Source: a virus
Taxonomy: Duplodnaviria > Caudoviricetes
Strand: one strand, 5' to 3'
Virus record (IMG/VR): IMGVR_UViG_3300024270_000002
Length of the DNA: 64,000 nucleotides
The notes under the pieces are model-generated. The model was not told the origin of the DNA. It searched no databases and saw only the letters and a program-made list of their open reading frames with translations. The position numbers were made by a program, and so were the translations under genes. Below, piece after piece: positions 10,179 through 21,700 of this stretch (its first letter is position 1; each line of letters begins with the position of its first letter).

Positions 10179-10973
10179 ATGAATATGTTTCGTACTTTTA
10201 TGGAATTGGATGAAGCTTATAATGATAGGCAGTTTCATATAGACGAACTTAAAAAGGCCGGTAAAAATTATAATTTTAATAAATATACTGATGCACAACT
10301 CTATCGTATGTGGCAAAGACTTCAAAAACCTACTTGTGCTGTTAAAGAGCCTGAGCATGAGCTAGATCTTGACTTTGATACAAAAGAGCCAGAATACTGC
10401 GAGTGCGGCGTAAGATTAACCGATTTCGGTCAATGCCCAGTATGTGATCTTGGCGAAGAAGACTTAAAGGAAGATCTTCAATATTGCTGGTTCGGCTATT
10501 ACTTAGATAAAGACGGTAAAAAGAAAATTATTTATGCTCCACAGGATGCTACTTCTCACGACCCTGACGAAGGTGCTGAAAAGTTAGAATATATGATTCC
10601 TGAGCCCTATACCAAGTTTGTATTTAGAGGAAATATTGATAATCGCACAGCAGAAAGACAAGGTTGGACTTTAGTTGAGTGGGTATCTACTTCTGGAAAA
10701 CAAGTAAGTTTAAATAATACTTCTACAGGTCATCCAGCCCAGGCTCAAACACAACAGACACCTAAGCCACACTTACCTAGTGGAAGATATGCTGTAAGAA
10801 TTGTGTCATACCATGGTAGACTAAGAGCACTCGGTACTGATGGTGTGCACCCTGCGGCTTGGGTAGCTTTTCCGAATGACCTAAGACAGTTTGATGGTCA
10901 GCAGTATGAGGTTGATCAGCTTATTTGGAATGGAAAAAATTATCGAGTTGCTGGTAATATTGTAGAAATCTAA
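10179..10973 (+). CDS. hypothetical protein (late-type promoter)
   Basis: ORF with RBS after GCTAAATTA motif. Confidence 0.75.
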   Translation: MNMFRTFMELDEAYNDRQFHIDELKKAGKNYNFNKYTDAQLYRMWQRLQKPTCAVKEPEHELDLDFDTKEPEYCECGVRLTDFGQCPVCDLGEEDLKEDLQYCWFGYYLDKDGKKKIIYAPQDATSHDPDEGAEKLEYMIPEPYTKFVFRGNIDNRTAERQGWTLVEWVSTSGKQVSLNNTSTGHPAQAQTQQTPKPHLPSGRYAVRIVSYHGRLRALGTDGVHPAAWVAFPNDLRQFDGQQYEVDQLIWNGKNYRVAGNIVEI

Positions 10974-11028
10974 AGTGTAGAATAATACACAAAAATATAA
11001 ATTAAAAATTAATAAGGAGATTTACAAA

Positions 11029-11640
11029 ATGAATAATTTTAATAGTGTTTTTGAGGAGCTCAGTAAGCTTTACGAGGAAGAAGTCCGCGAAGAAGCCGCA
11101 GCAGAAGAAAAGGTTGATGAAGCTTGTAAAGAAGAGCTTACCGAAGCTGCTGATGATGTTGTAGTAGAGGATGATGCTCCCGTAGACGAAGTTCCTGCAG
11201 AAGAACCCGCTGTAGAAGAAGAGCCTAGACAGATTATTTGTGAGTGTGATAAATGTGGTGCTCTTATAATCAAGGACGAGGCTGATATTGTTGTAGATGA
11301 AGAGACTGACCTCGTAAATGTAGAGGACGAGTGTGCTTTCTGCGAGGAAGCTAACGGCTATAAGATTGTTGGCGTAGTTGCTCCATATGAAGCAGTAGAA
11401 GCCGAAACGCCTATCGAAGAGCCTGTAGCAGATGATGCAGATATTGTTGAGGAAGGCTTAGGTGACGTTTATCGTAAGACTTTTGATAGACCTGCATCTA
11501 TTAAAACTCAGCAGTATTGGGAAGCCGAACTTAACGGTGAATTTGGTGAAATCAGTGACGAGCGTAGAGCTGAGCTTGAAAAGAAATTTGCACAGCAAAG
11601 AGACTGGGAAGAAAGACATCCTGGCAAAGAAGTTAGATAA
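11029..11640 (+). CDS. acidic hypothetical protein with Zn ribbon
   Basis: Glu-rich; CxxC...CxxC; AAGGAG RBS. Confidence 0.75.
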   Translation: MNNFNSVFEELSKLYEEEVREEAAAEEKVDEACKEELTEAADDVVVEDDAPVDEVPAEEPAVEEEPRQIICECDKCGALIIKDEADIVVDEETDLVNVEDECAFCEEANGYKIVGVVAPYEAVEAETPIEEPVADDADIVEEGLGDVYRKTFDRPASIKTQQYWEAELNGEFGEISDERRAELEKKFAQQRDWEERHPGKEVR

Positions 11641-11748
11641 TCTTTATAAGTAAAGACTAGTGTAAAAGCTAGTCTTTATTCTTTATGTGGTCAAAAATAT
11701 CACTTGTTATATTGTATATTATAATATATAAAAACAAAGGAGATTGTT

Positions 11749-12156
11749 ATGGCTAATTATATGTTTGTTTTGCATCCGATCGAAAGTAAGATTAAGACAG
11801 TTTGTTTGGCATGCGCGAAGCGTGGTGAGGTAGTAGATTCTTGTCAGTTTTGTCATGGTAATGGTATTATTACGAAAGCTATGACTCAATACGGAGTAAA
11901 AGAAAGACCTATCCGCATTGATAAGATTGATAGAGATCCTGAAACCGGCATTTTGCGTTATTGGGAAAATTCTTGTGAGTTTTTTTATGAAACCGCTTAC
12001 CCAGAGCTAAACAAGTATGTTCCTAATGTACCGCACGGTATTCATTTTTGTCATGATGATATGAAATCCGCTATGACTGAGCGAGATAGAATTAACAAGT
12101 ATCTTAAGACAGAGGCGAAAGAATCTTTTGAAACTGTTCGATTTGAGCCTGTTTAA
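11749..12156 (+). CDS. hypothetical protein with DnaJ-like CxxC..CxxCxGxG
   Basis: ORF with RBS after early-type promoter. Confidence 0.7.
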   Translation: MANYMFVLHPIESKIKTVCLACAKRGEVVDSCQFCHGNGIITKAMTQYGVKERPIRIDKIDRDPETGILRYWENSCEFFYETAYPELNKYVPNVPHGIHFCHDDMKSAMTERDRINKYLKTEAKESFETVRFEPV

Positions 12157-12168
12157 TACGAGGTACTT

Positions 12169-12339
12169 ATGGATATTAAGTATTGTGATAATCAATGTAA
12201 CGTTGGCATAAAAGCTCGCGATAAATTCTTAGCAGAAAACAATTCAGCATATGATGCTGCTTTTGATTTTTTATATTTTGTAGAGAATTGTTTTAAAACA
12301 TGCCCATATAAAGACGAACATAAGAAGGAGAATTTATAA
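12169..12339 (+). CDS. small hypothetical protein (MDIKYCDNQC..., 56 aa, not in ORF track)
   Basis: GAGG RBS; stop overlaps next start. Confidence 0.6.
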   Translation: MDIKYCDNQCNVGIKARDKFLAENNSAYDAAFDFLYFVENCFKTCPYKDEHKKENL

Positions 12340-12869
12340 TGAAAGTTTGTTGTATTAGTGCAAAAGCACAACATGGAAAAGATACCGCAGCAGAGCTGCT
12401 TAAGGAGTACCTTGAGTACAGAGGTCAGAGAGTTATTGTAACCCATTTTGCGGATTTGCTCAAGTTTATTTGCACGAAATATTTTGGTTGGGATGGAAAT
12501 AAAGACTCTACCGGTAGAACACTTTTACAATATATTGGTACCGACGTTGTTGGCGCGAAGAATCCTGCTTACTGGGCAGAATTTGTTGTAAGTATTCTTA
12601 AGATGTTTGAAAATAATTGGGATTACGTACTTATTCCCGACTGCCGTTACCCTATTGAAGTATCAACCATGAAGGATAGTTTTAAGACTACTGTGCTTAG
12701 AGTGGAAAGACCTAATTTTGATAACGGTTTAACTGAAGCACAAAAGAGCCATCCTTCTGAAGTTGACATGGATAATTATGACTTTGATGTAGTACTGCTT
12801 AATAACGGAGGCCTTGAACATTTTAAAGACAAAATGCAGTGGTTTGCAGATAGTTTCTTGCTTAATTAA
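12339..12869 (+). CDS. deoxynucleoside monophosphate kinase
   Basis: P-loop SAKAQHGKDT; FAD.LK; RTLLQYIGT; DCRYPIE; HPSE. Confidence 0.85.
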   Translation: MKVCCISAKAQHGKDTAAELLKEYLEYRGQRVIVTHFADLLKFICTKYFGWDGNKDSTGRTLLQYIGTDVVGAKNPAYWAEFVVSILKMFENNWDYVLIPDCRYPIEVSTMKDSFKTTVLRVERPNFDNGLTEAQKSHPSEVDMDNYDFDVVLLNNGGLEHFKDKMQWFADSFLLN

Positions 12870-12987
12870 TACACTTATAAAATTATTTTAGGATATGCCG
12901 TAAAGGTATATCCTATTTTTGTTTTATTTATAAATAAAATTGCTAAATTATTTGATATAAAATTTTTAGTTTGGAGGAACGACGAGA

Positions 12988-13500
12988 GTGTTTAGCTATT
13001 GTACAAATTATACCGCAACAATGCCAGATATAACAGTATATATGAACTGTGATACCAGGCTTGCCATAAACTTAGCAAGATTTAATTTGGGCGACAACGA
13101 TGAATTTATTTTTGCAATAAAAAATTATAGCTATATAGATTCGCCGTATGTATTTTTATTTAGGGCCAGAAAATCAGATATGAATAAAGATGGTGAAGTT
13201 CTTTTTAAAATTACACCAGAGGCCTCAAAGTTTGTAAAGCCCGGTGCTTTCTATAATTTTTCAGTACTGCTAAATGCTTTTGATGTTCATGAGGATACAG
13301 AGTATAAAAAACTTACTGACAACGGAAATGTTATTATTGAGTACGGCGCACAAGATTTAGTAATACCAAGGGATAAAGCAGATGCTGAAAGCGAAATTAT
13401 TAGTGTGCGCTTAGAGCCTATCGTGAGTACTACAGACCTTAAAGCTAATAGCTTTATGGGTGAAATCGTAAAGATGCGGCTTGAGTTGTTAAAAGAGTAA
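12988..13500 (+). CDS. putative virion structural protein
   Basis: First gene of late-promoter structural block; beta-rich. Confidence 0.6.
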   Translation: MFSYCTNYTATMPDITVYMNCDTRLAINLARFNLGDNDEFIFAIKNYSYIDSPYVFLFRARKSDMNKDGEVLFKITPEASKFVKPGAFYNFSVLLNAFDVHEDTEYKKLTDNGNVIIEYGAQDLVIPRDKADAESEIISVRLEPIVSTTDLKANSFMGEIVKMRLELLKE

Positions 13501-13512
13501 AGGAGTTTTATT

Positions 13513-13815
13513 ATGATTGAAGTACAAAAACAACAGCAGACCAATAACTCTATTACAGTCATAAGACCGGCTTCTAGTAAGGAATTGACTGAGTTTGAAA
13601 AAAATAAACTAGCAGAAATAGAAGAACGCGCACAGCGAAATAAAATAGAAGCTATTCGAGTTAATGGCGAAAGAGTTAAAGTAGATGAAGAGACAAAAAC
13701 AGCAGATATTAAGTTAGGTTTAGGCGATTTAGCTTTCAAAAATGTTATCTCTTCTAATGACCTTGATGGGTATTTTTTCATTAAGTGTGAGCTTGATGAA
13801 TCCACTTATTCCTAA
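13513..13815 (+). CDS. putative tail-fibre-associated protein
   Basis: KLAEIE..AQRNKIE.I.VNG fibre motif. Confidence 0.6.
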   Translation: MIEVQKQQQTNNSITVIRPASSKELTEFEKNKLAEIEERAQRNKIEAIRVNGERVKVDEETKTADIKLGLGDLAFKNVISSNDLDGYFFIKCELDESTYS

Positions 13816-13849
13816 AATAATTTATAAGCAGAGGAGATAGATATTAATT

Positions 13850-14077
13850 ATGGCACTTTATAAAGTTTGGCTTACAGTAAAAGATAAATACGGTAACACA
13901 CGAGAACTCGACGGTGGAGATATTAGAATTGATTTTAATAGTCTTACTGATACAGATGTTGATCAAATGGCTAAAAAACTTGACCCATATTTTACGACTG
14001 ACGCAGAAGTAGAACACACAGTTGAAAATAATGATTCTATTAAATACTCTGATTTTAATTTAAGGCCAGAAGCATAA
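13850..14077 (+). CDS. hypothetical protein
   Basis: GAGGAG RBS. Confidence 0.65.
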   Translation: MALYKVWLTVKDKYGNTRELDGGDIRIDFNSLTDTDVDQMAKKLDPYFTTDAEVEHTVENNDSIKYSDFNLRPEA

Positions 14078-14096
14078 GAGAGGAGTATTTTGAAAA

Positions 14097-15194
14097 ATGA
14101 TTGATTTTAAAATACAACGTGGCTCATCAGACCTGATTTTTCTAGAGCCCGGTGTAATTAATCCTAGACTAATTATAGAAGATGGCTGTTGGTATCTCTG
14201 CACGGATACAGCTGAGCTCTTCCTTGGTGTGCAGAGTGAAGATGGTTTAACTTTAAAGCGTATTAATGCTGGTAGCCAGACAGACATTACTATTGACCCA
14301 GAAGTCCTGTCAGCACTAAGGGCTGAGCTCAACGCTATAAAAGAAAGTCTCGGTAATTATGCTACAGAGCAGTACGTAATTGATGCTATTGAAAACCATG
14401 AGACCCTGGCTGCTATTGAAGAAGTTAAAACAAAACTTGAAACAGAAGTACTTCCTATCATTCCAACCGTCAAAAAAGTTGAAACTGAGATTATTCCAAC
14501 AGTTCAAGAACTTACTGAAAAGGCTGCAACTCAAGGGTGGGTAGCAGATCAAAAATATTTACAAACTGAAACTTTTAACACGGCTATTGCAACAAAAGCA
14601 GAGGAAGTTCCCTTTACAGCAGACAAATTTGTCACAAAACCTATTGGTGATTTTAATGTCGGTGACAGTGTAAAAGGCCTTACGATAGCTCAAATATTTG
14701 CTAAATTATTAGGACTGTCTGATGAGCCAAGTACAGAGCCTGATATACCAGAACAACCAGGTGATGATGCAACACCTGAAGAAATTGTAGATTATCTAAT
14801 CGCTACTGGCGCTACGATGTATAGTCAGGATGAGCAAGGTAATTTAGTCGAAACTCCTTTTGCTTCTATTGCTTGGACTGAGGCTGAAGCAGCTGCTCAG
14901 ATGAACGGCATAAGTACTATTTATACCATAACCGATGAGTCTGGCGACATTGTAGAGTCTGGCTATCAAGAAGCAACGGATTATAATGAAGAAGCTTGGC
15001 TGACTGTTGCTCTGCCTTCTGAAATTAAAAATGTAAAAGTTAAGATGTATGACCCAGACGTAAATGATTGGGTAGACATGCTTTGGAAAGTCGTTCCGGC
15101 AGAAGAGCAGACAATGGACGGCTATACCATTTGGACAGTACCTGAACAGTACGAGGTTACGTCCGGTGATACATACAGATTCGTAATTATTTAA
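14097..15194 (+). CDS. putative tail fibre/structural protein
   Basis: FKIQRG...DGCWYLCTDTAELF N-terminus; YATEQYV repeat. Confidence 0.65.
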   Translation: MIDFKIQRGSSDLIFLEPGVINPRLIIEDGCWYLCTDTAELFLGVQSEDGLTLKRINAGSQTDITIDPEVLSALRAELNAIKESLGNYATEQYVIDAIENHETLAAIEEVKTKLETEVLPIIPTVKKVETEIIPTVQELTEKAATQGWVADQKYLQTETFNTAIATKAEEVPFTADKFVTKPIGDFNVGDSVKGLTIAQIFAKLLGLSDEPSTEPDIPEQPGDDATPEEIVDYLIATGATMYSQDEQGNLVETPFASIAWTEAEAAAQMNGISTIYTITDESGDIVESGYQEATDYNEEAWLTVALPSEIKNVKVKMYDPDVNDWVDMLWKVVPAEEQTMDGYTIWTVPEQYEVTSGDTYRFVII

Positions 15195-15213
15195 TGATAG
15201 GAGACAAAGATAA

Positions 15214-17397
15214 ATGGCACGTGTTATAGGCGCAGTAGCAAGAAACACTAACTATGAAATATCAATTAAAAAACCACTTGACGCTAGATCGCTAGTTAAG
15301 ACTTATGAAGACCTTTTACTAGAGTCTAACTGGCTAAATGACGCTGGCAAATCAATTGCATATAATGGCATGCTAGTTGCGGTGGCGAATATTGAAGATG
15401 TTTCAAAAAATGGTTTATATTTCTTATTTGATATAAATTGTACAAGTTCATTAAAAAGTCCAGATGTTACTTCTGAAGTAAACTGGCTTAAGATTGGCGA
15501 GACTTCTGAAATTGGCGACCTTGCTGGCCGTGTTACAGACACTGAGACTGATATAGCTGATATTACAAAGGCAACTGACGGTATTATCGATACCAGAATT
15601 GCTGCTGCTGAAGGCCGCGCAGCTACTGACGCGCAGAATAAGGCGAATGCTGCTGAGAGCGCTGCTAAGACTTACGCAGATGGTCTTAACACTGCAATGG
15701 ATACCCGAGTTGATGCACTCGAAACTGCAAGCGGTGAGCACGCCGAGGCTATCTCAGATCATGCAGACGCGATTGATGGTATTAATGATGCTATTGACGC
15801 TATAAATAACGAGACTAGTGGTATTCTTGCTACTGCTAAGGGCTATACTGATGGTCTTGTAGGTAATGTTCCGGAAGGAAGCACTGTAATGAGTATCATT
15901 ACAAACATTCAGGAGAATGCTTATGATGATACTGAACTAAGAGGACTTGTTTCTACTAATACTACAAATATTGGTCTAAATGCTCAGGCTATTGCTCAGG
16001 AGAAGTCCGATAGAGAAACAGCTGTTGCAGGTGAAGTTTCTGCGAGAGAGACTGCTATCAATGGCATCAACACTAAGATTGGTAATGTTACCGATGGTAA
16101 AAATGTTGTTACTATGATTTCTGAGGCTGAGGCTGCTGCAAAGTCTCATGCAGAATCTAAGGTATCCGAGCTTGCTGCCGGTGCGGTTGCAACTAATACT
16201 GGTGACATTGCTAAAAATAAGCAGGATATCGCAACTCTTCGCTCAGACCTTACTACTGAGACCGGTGCTCGTGAAGCTCTTGACGCACGTGTTGTAACTA
16301 TTGAGACCTTCTTTGAAGGTGCTTATGCTGAAGACGGTAAGCCTTTAACTGATGCTCTTGATACTTTAGAAGAAATTCAAGATTATATTGATAGCCACGG
16401 TGAAGCTGCTGCTAAGATGGTTGAGGACATCCAGGCAAATGCAACCGCTATTGATACTAAGATAGGTGAAAACGGTACTATTACTAAGGCAGTTGCCGCT
16501 AATACTCAGGCTATTTCTGATATGGACACTGCTTATAAGGCTGCTGATACTAAGGTTCGTGAGGACTTTGCAGCTGCTGATAAAGTAATTACTGATGCTA
16601 TCGGTACCGCTGCTGACGGTGCGGATGTTGCAACTGTTTACGGTGCTATTGCTAAGGCAAAGGCTGAGGCTATTTCTGAAGCTAACGGCGAAGTTACCGA
16701 GCTTGGTAAGACTGTTGCCGCTAATACTGAAGCCATCGGCAAAAACGCACAGGATATCTCTGATGTAGACGGACGTGTAGATACTCTTGAGAGCATTACG
16801 AAGAGCTATTTAACTGGTGGCGAAGATGCTATTAAGAAGGCTATTGATGCTGTAAGTGAGCGTGCTGAAAAAGGCATCACTGATGCTAAGAATGCTCAGG
16901 ATGCTGCAGATGCTGCTCAGGGTGATGTAGATGATCTTGCGGCTGTTGTAGGTGATGCTAATAGCGGTCTCGTTCAGCTTGTTAATAGCGTAAAAGTTAC
17001 TGCGGACACTGCTGCTCAGAACCTTGCTGAGCTTACCGGTGACACTGGTAGAATTAAGGCTGTTGAAGGCGAAGTTGATGACATCCAGGCTATCGTTTAT
17101 AAGACTGTTGATGGCACTACCACAAACATTAGAGAAGATGTTACTTCTCTTCAGGCTCTTACCGGCGACGCTTCTAAGGGTAACGTAGCTCTTTACAACG
17201 AGATTACTAGAGTTGCAGGTCTTGTAGAAAATGCCGATACTGGTCTTGCTAAGGTTAAGGAAATTGCTGACGGTGCAGCTTCTCTTGCAAATACAAATGC
17301 AGGTGATATTGCTGACATCAAGGCAGATTATCTCAAGGCTGCTGATGAATACATCTTTAGATGCGGCACAGCTTCTACTGTAGTTCATAACGTATAA
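15214..17397 (+). CDS. long coiled-coil tail fibre protein
   Basis: Ala/Thr/Asp-rich heptads; AKTYAD, LDTLEEI fibre motifs. Confidence 0.75.
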   Translation: MARVIGAVARNTNYEISIKKPLDARSLVKTYEDLLLESNWLNDAGKSIAYNGMLVAVANIEDVSKNGLYFLFDINCTSSLKSPDVTSEVNWLKIGETSEIGDLAGRVTDTETDIADITKATDGIIDTRIAAAEGRAATDAQNKANAAESAAKTYADGLNTAMDTRVDALETASGEHAEAISDHADAIDGINDAIDAINNETSGILATAKGYTDGLVGNVPEGSTVMSIITNIQENAYDDTELRGLVSTNTTNIGLNAQAIAQEKSDRETAVAGEVSARETAINGINTKIGNVTDGKNVVTMISEAEAAAKSHAESKVSELAAGAVATNTGDIAKNKQDIATLRSDLTTETGAREALDARVVTIETFFEGAYAEDGKPLTDALDTLEEIQDYIDSHGEAAAKMVEDIQANATAIDTKIGENGTITKAVAANTQAISDMDTAYKAADTKVREDFAAADKVITDAIGTAADGADVATVYGAIAKAKAEAISEANGEVTELGKTVAANTEAIGKNAQDISDVDGRVDTLESITKSYLTGGEDAIKKAIDAVSERAEKGITDAKNAQDAADAAQGDVDDLAAVVGDANSGLVQLVNSVKVTADTAAQNLAELTGDTGRIKAVEGEVDDIQAIVYKTVDGTTTNIREDVTSLQALTGDASKGNVALYNEITRVAGLVENADTGLAKVKEIADGAASLANTNAGDIADIKADYLKAADEYIFRCGTASTVVHNV

Positions 17398-17470
17398 TAA
17401 ATTATTCACTGTGATAGTGGTTTAGGCTGCTATCACAGTGCCAAGATATAAAGAAAAGGAATTATTGATT

Positions 17471-18664
17471 ATGGCAACAAAAACACTTAATACAAGAATT
17501 AAAAATAGATTTGACAGTCTTACTAACTGGTCCAAAACTGGAGTAGAGCTGCTTCCTGGTGAAATTGCTCTTGTTAGCGTTACAACTCAGCAGATTGACG
17601 AGACTACTGGCAATGTTGTAAATGTGCCTGCTGTTTTAATGAAGGTCGGTGAGTCTGATGGAAATGGTGGTACAAAAGCTTTTAGTGCTCTTCCTTGGCT
17701 AAGTGCAAAAGCTTCTGATGTTTATGGCTGGGCAAAAAATCAATTTGCAAAAGATGTTCCCGTAACTGTTGCAGACGGAACTACTTATACTACCGGAACA
17801 CTTGGTAAGTATCTTTACGATCACGGTAAAAGTATTGCAGCAAATGCTCAAGATATTTCTGACTTAAAAGTAAGCGTTGACGTTACTAAAGTAAGCACAG
17901 CAATTTCTGACGCAATTTCTGCTGCTGTTAATGCTCTTGATCATACTGGTAATCCTACCGCAGATAAGCATGAGATCGTAAAAGCAGTTACTCAGACAGA
18001 CGGTAAAGTAACGGTTACTTATGGTGAAATTACTAAAGAAGAGCTTCCTAAGCTATATGCTTCTGATATAATTGTGTCCGACGCTGTTGGTACTCCAGAG
18101 ACTGAAGGCTACCAGCCTGCGGTAACAGTAGCCGATAAGTTTGGTCTTGTTGATCAGGAAATTGACTCTTTAAAGAGCTCTGTTTCTGGTGGCGTACACT
18201 TTATTGGTGTAACAACTTCAGAGATCTCTGATGATGCTACTGTTAATCCTGTGATTGTTGATGGTAAGGGTCATAACGCCTCTGCTGGTGATGTTGTTCT
18301 TAAGGACGAGAAAGAATATATTTGGGATGGTTCTAAGTGGAACGAGCTAGGCGATCTTACTCGTGTAGGTACACTTGAATCTTGGCGTGATGGACTTGAC
18401 GCTGAATTTACTAAAGTAGATCATCAATTCGCAGTAGGAATTAAGCAGGTTGATGGCATAATTACTGAATTCGTTACTGCGAGACCTACTGCTGTAGATG
18501 TTCAACGCGGAACAAGCAATGTTGATACTGACCTCGGCGCTGCCGAACAGGCAATTAGCAATATTGAAGCTGACTATATGAGAATTGGTACTGATAATAA
18601 AATGTACGCAGGTAAGTCCGGCGCTGATATGATTATCTTTGATTGCGGCGGTGCAGAAATTTAA
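17471..18664 (+). CDS. tail fibre protein with hyaluronidase/Mtd-N-type N-terminus
   Basis: LLPGEIAL...MKVG..DG...FSALPW; EYIWDGSKWNELG. Confidence 0.75.
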   Translation: MATKTLNTRIKNRFDSLTNWSKTGVELLPGEIALVSVTTQQIDETTGNVVNVPAVLMKVGESDGNGGTKAFSALPWLSAKASDVYGWAKNQFAKDVPVTVADGTTYTTGTLGKYLYDHGKSIAANAQDISDLKVSVDVTKVSTAISDAISAAVNALDHTGNPTADKHEIVKAVTQTDGKVTVTYGEITKEELPKLYASDIIVSDAVGTPETEGYQPAVTVADKFGLVDQEIDSLKSSVSGGVHFIGVTTSEISDDATVNPVIVDGKGHNASAGDVVLKDEKEYIWDGSKWNELGDLTRVGTLESWRDGLDAEFTKVDHQFAVGIKQVDGIITEFVTARPTAVDVQRGTSNVDTDLGAAEQAISNIEADYMRIGTDNKMYAGKSGADMIIFDCGGAEI

Positions 18665-18683
18665 GCTAATAAAATTTGATATA

Positions 18684-18712
18684 AAGGGTGACCTATAATG
18701 GTTACCCTTTTT
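18684..18712 (+). terminator. intrinsic terminator
   Basis: AAGGGTGACC/GGTTACCCTT hairpin plus T-run. Confidence 0.7.
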
Positions 18713-18728
18713 ATTTTATTAAATCTAT

Positions 18729-18740
18729 TTGCTAAATTAT
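18729..18740 (+). promoter_or_regulatory. TTGCTAAATTA phage-specific (late-type) promoter motif (representative of about 13 copies)
   Basis: Recurs about 35-50 nt upstream of structural and endonuclease genes. Confidence 0.65.
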
Positions 18741-18773
18741 ATGATTATAAAAACTGTAGATTGGAGATAACCT

Positions 18774-21700
18774 ATGGCATACAAAATCACACAACACCGT
18801 AGAGGTACAACTCAAGAGTGGCTTGAGCTTGACTTAGTGCCTTATGAAGGTGAGCTTGTTATAGAAGAATGCGAAGGTAATGTTCGTAAATGTAAGATTG
18901 GCGATGGCAAAAATCCTTTCTCTAAGCTTCCTTATATTACAGACGCGTTAGCAGAAGAGCTTGAATCCGAAATAGGCAATTTACGAGAGCAGACTAACAG
19001 TACCTTAAATACTGCTGTTGATATGCTTGAACAAAAAATAGCTAATTCTAGTACAGCTTTGTCTAATACTATTACAACCTTAGATTCAGATATTAATAAG
19101 AAAGTACAAGTATTAAGTTCTGATATTGAAGAACTTTCTGACAAACTTACTGATATTGACTCAATTGTCCATGACGGCATTAAATCAGATGTAGAAAGCT
19201 TAGATGCGAGATATAGCCAGACATTAACAGAAATAACTGAACAGCATGCAGCTGATGTTGCGACTTTAAGTGCTGACATCGAAACCAGAGCTAATGAATT
19301 AACAGAAGCTTTTGAAACGTCACTTGAGCAGACTGAGGCAAAGATCGAGGCTAATATCGCAGCAACCAAGACGAGCTTAGCAGAAGACTATGCTACCAAA
19401 ATAGAGGTAGCTGAGGAGCGTTTACAGGATGCTATTAATTCTTCTGAGCAGACGGTGCAACAGCATACAAAAGACCTGGGCGATATTCAAGAGTCTATTG
19501 TTGAGCTACAAACTGCTGTGGATAGTAAAAGCACTGAGATAGATGAGAAGGTATCTGCTAGTGAAGAACGTGTTACTATAAGCATTGAAGAAGTACAGGA
19601 AGCTATTAATAAAATTAATTTCACCCTAGAACAGATGCAGGCGAGCAAAGAAGAGATTCTTCCTGATTTTAATATTAATAGTCCAAGTGCCGAAGAAATA
19701 CTTCCTGTTGTAGTAGAGCAGCTCGAGAACCTACATTATAAAGTAAATATGCTGGAGCGTGGGGTATCTACTTCTACCACTGATATTCAAAATATTAATA
19801 TTGAATTAGGACGCTTGGCTACCTCTTTATCGAACGTGCTTGAACAGCACAAAACCAGCTCCGATAGTTTTTCAAAAGCTTTAAGCTCTTTAGACTCAAA
19901 ATTAAGTAAAGCAGACTCTGATATAACGGCGGCAATTGCAGCAAATAAGAAAGAGATACATGAAAACCTAGAAGCTTTAACTGCCAGTGATACTCTTTTA
20001 TATCAAGTTATTTACAAAATCAGAGATGATTTACTTAAGAAGATTGATGCGACGGATTCTTATTTACAAGCAGAGCTCAAGGAAGATATTGCTTTAATTA
20101 CTGAAAGCGTTAATGATTCTAAGCTTAAGCTTGACTCTAAACTGACAGCTGTTCAGTCTGGCTTAGCTGACGGTGTAAATGCTGTAAAAGTAGAGCTAAT
20201 TAAGAAACTTGATAATTTAGAAAAGCTTCACGATACTAGACTCAGCACTAATGAGACATCAATAAATGCCTTAAGTACTATTGTTACATCTAACCAGGCA
20301 GCGTTGTCTAGCGCTATTGAAACTGTCGCAGCTGACGTTGCAAATAATAAAGTTAATATAACAAATAATAGTGCAGAAATTGATCGAGTATATTCTGTGC
20401 TTGATGATAAAATTAATCTGGCTAATTCCAATGTAGATGCTTTAAACACAAAGGTTAACACACAAATTTCCGGTGTTGAAAGTCGTATGCAGACTTTACT
20501 TGCTGCAACAGACCAAATTGTACAGCAGCAGGCAGAGGCTATACATAATATTCAAGACAACATTACTGATCTAGACCAAGAAATAGATGATAGGATAGTT
20601 AATAAAATTTCGGATAGTGTAGCTGAAACTAATACAAACATCTTAGAAATAAGAGCTGCAATTAGTCAGATCAATCTTACACTAGAACTCTTAAAGAATG
20701 AAGTCAATAATAATTCTGGTGGGAATAATAACAACAGCTTATTGCTTCTTGCTGAACAACTTTCAGAATTACAGCATAAAATAACTTTGGTAGAAAGCGA
20801 TGCCTTGGCTACAAATGCCGAAATTCAATTGGTTAAGAATGAGCTTTCTCACCTAATCACTACTTTGACCAGTGACCTGGATGACCTTACTAAGACGACA
20901 GCTATTACAATTAGTTCATTAGATACAAAGCTTAGTAAAGCTGATGCTGATATTCTAGCTGCTTTGGCTACCCACACTGCTAACATAGCAGATGATTTAG
21001 CCGATCTGGCTGCCGACGATACACTTCTCTATCAAATTATCTATAGAATACGCGATGAGTTACTAAGTAAAGTAAGTGCTACTCAAGCTGTTCTACAGAC
21101 TAATATAGACGCCAGTGTAAATAATCTTAACCAAAACATTGTTGATACTAAAGCTGCTTTAGAAGAACAGCTTAGTCAAGCACAAGAAGACTTGACAGGG
21201 GTCCTTACGACGACTGAAAGCAGGCTGGACACAGAGCTTAGTCGAATTAACACTCTTTATAATGCAAAAACTTCCGCAAATAAAAAAGAGATAGATGATT
21301 TACATACCACAGTTGAGACTAACCAGGCAGAACTTTTAGCTGGCTTAGAGACTGTTACTTCCTATATTGCTGATAACAAAACCAGTATAGCTAATAGCAT
21401 GGCCGCGATCAACCAAGTAAATTCAACTCTCGAAGGCAAAGTTGCTCTTATAAATTCAAATATAGATATACTTGATTCTCAGCTTGAGGCACAAGCAAAC
21501 CGCATTGATAGTCTAATTGCTTTTGACTTAAATGATTTTACACTCAAAGAGGGTGAAATAACTAAAGAAGATTTCACAAGGCTGGCTCAAGAAGTTTCAG
21601 ATATTCGTAATGGCTATGACGGTACTACACATGAAAGTGCTCAAGCTGCAGTAAGAGCTATTGGTGATAATTTAGCAGAGCTAGAAAGCAAACTATCACA

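Noticed and set aside
14698-14710. TTGCTAAATTA motif inside ORF 14097
   Set aside because: Lies mid-gene encoding FAKLL with no nearby downstream start; probably coincidental.
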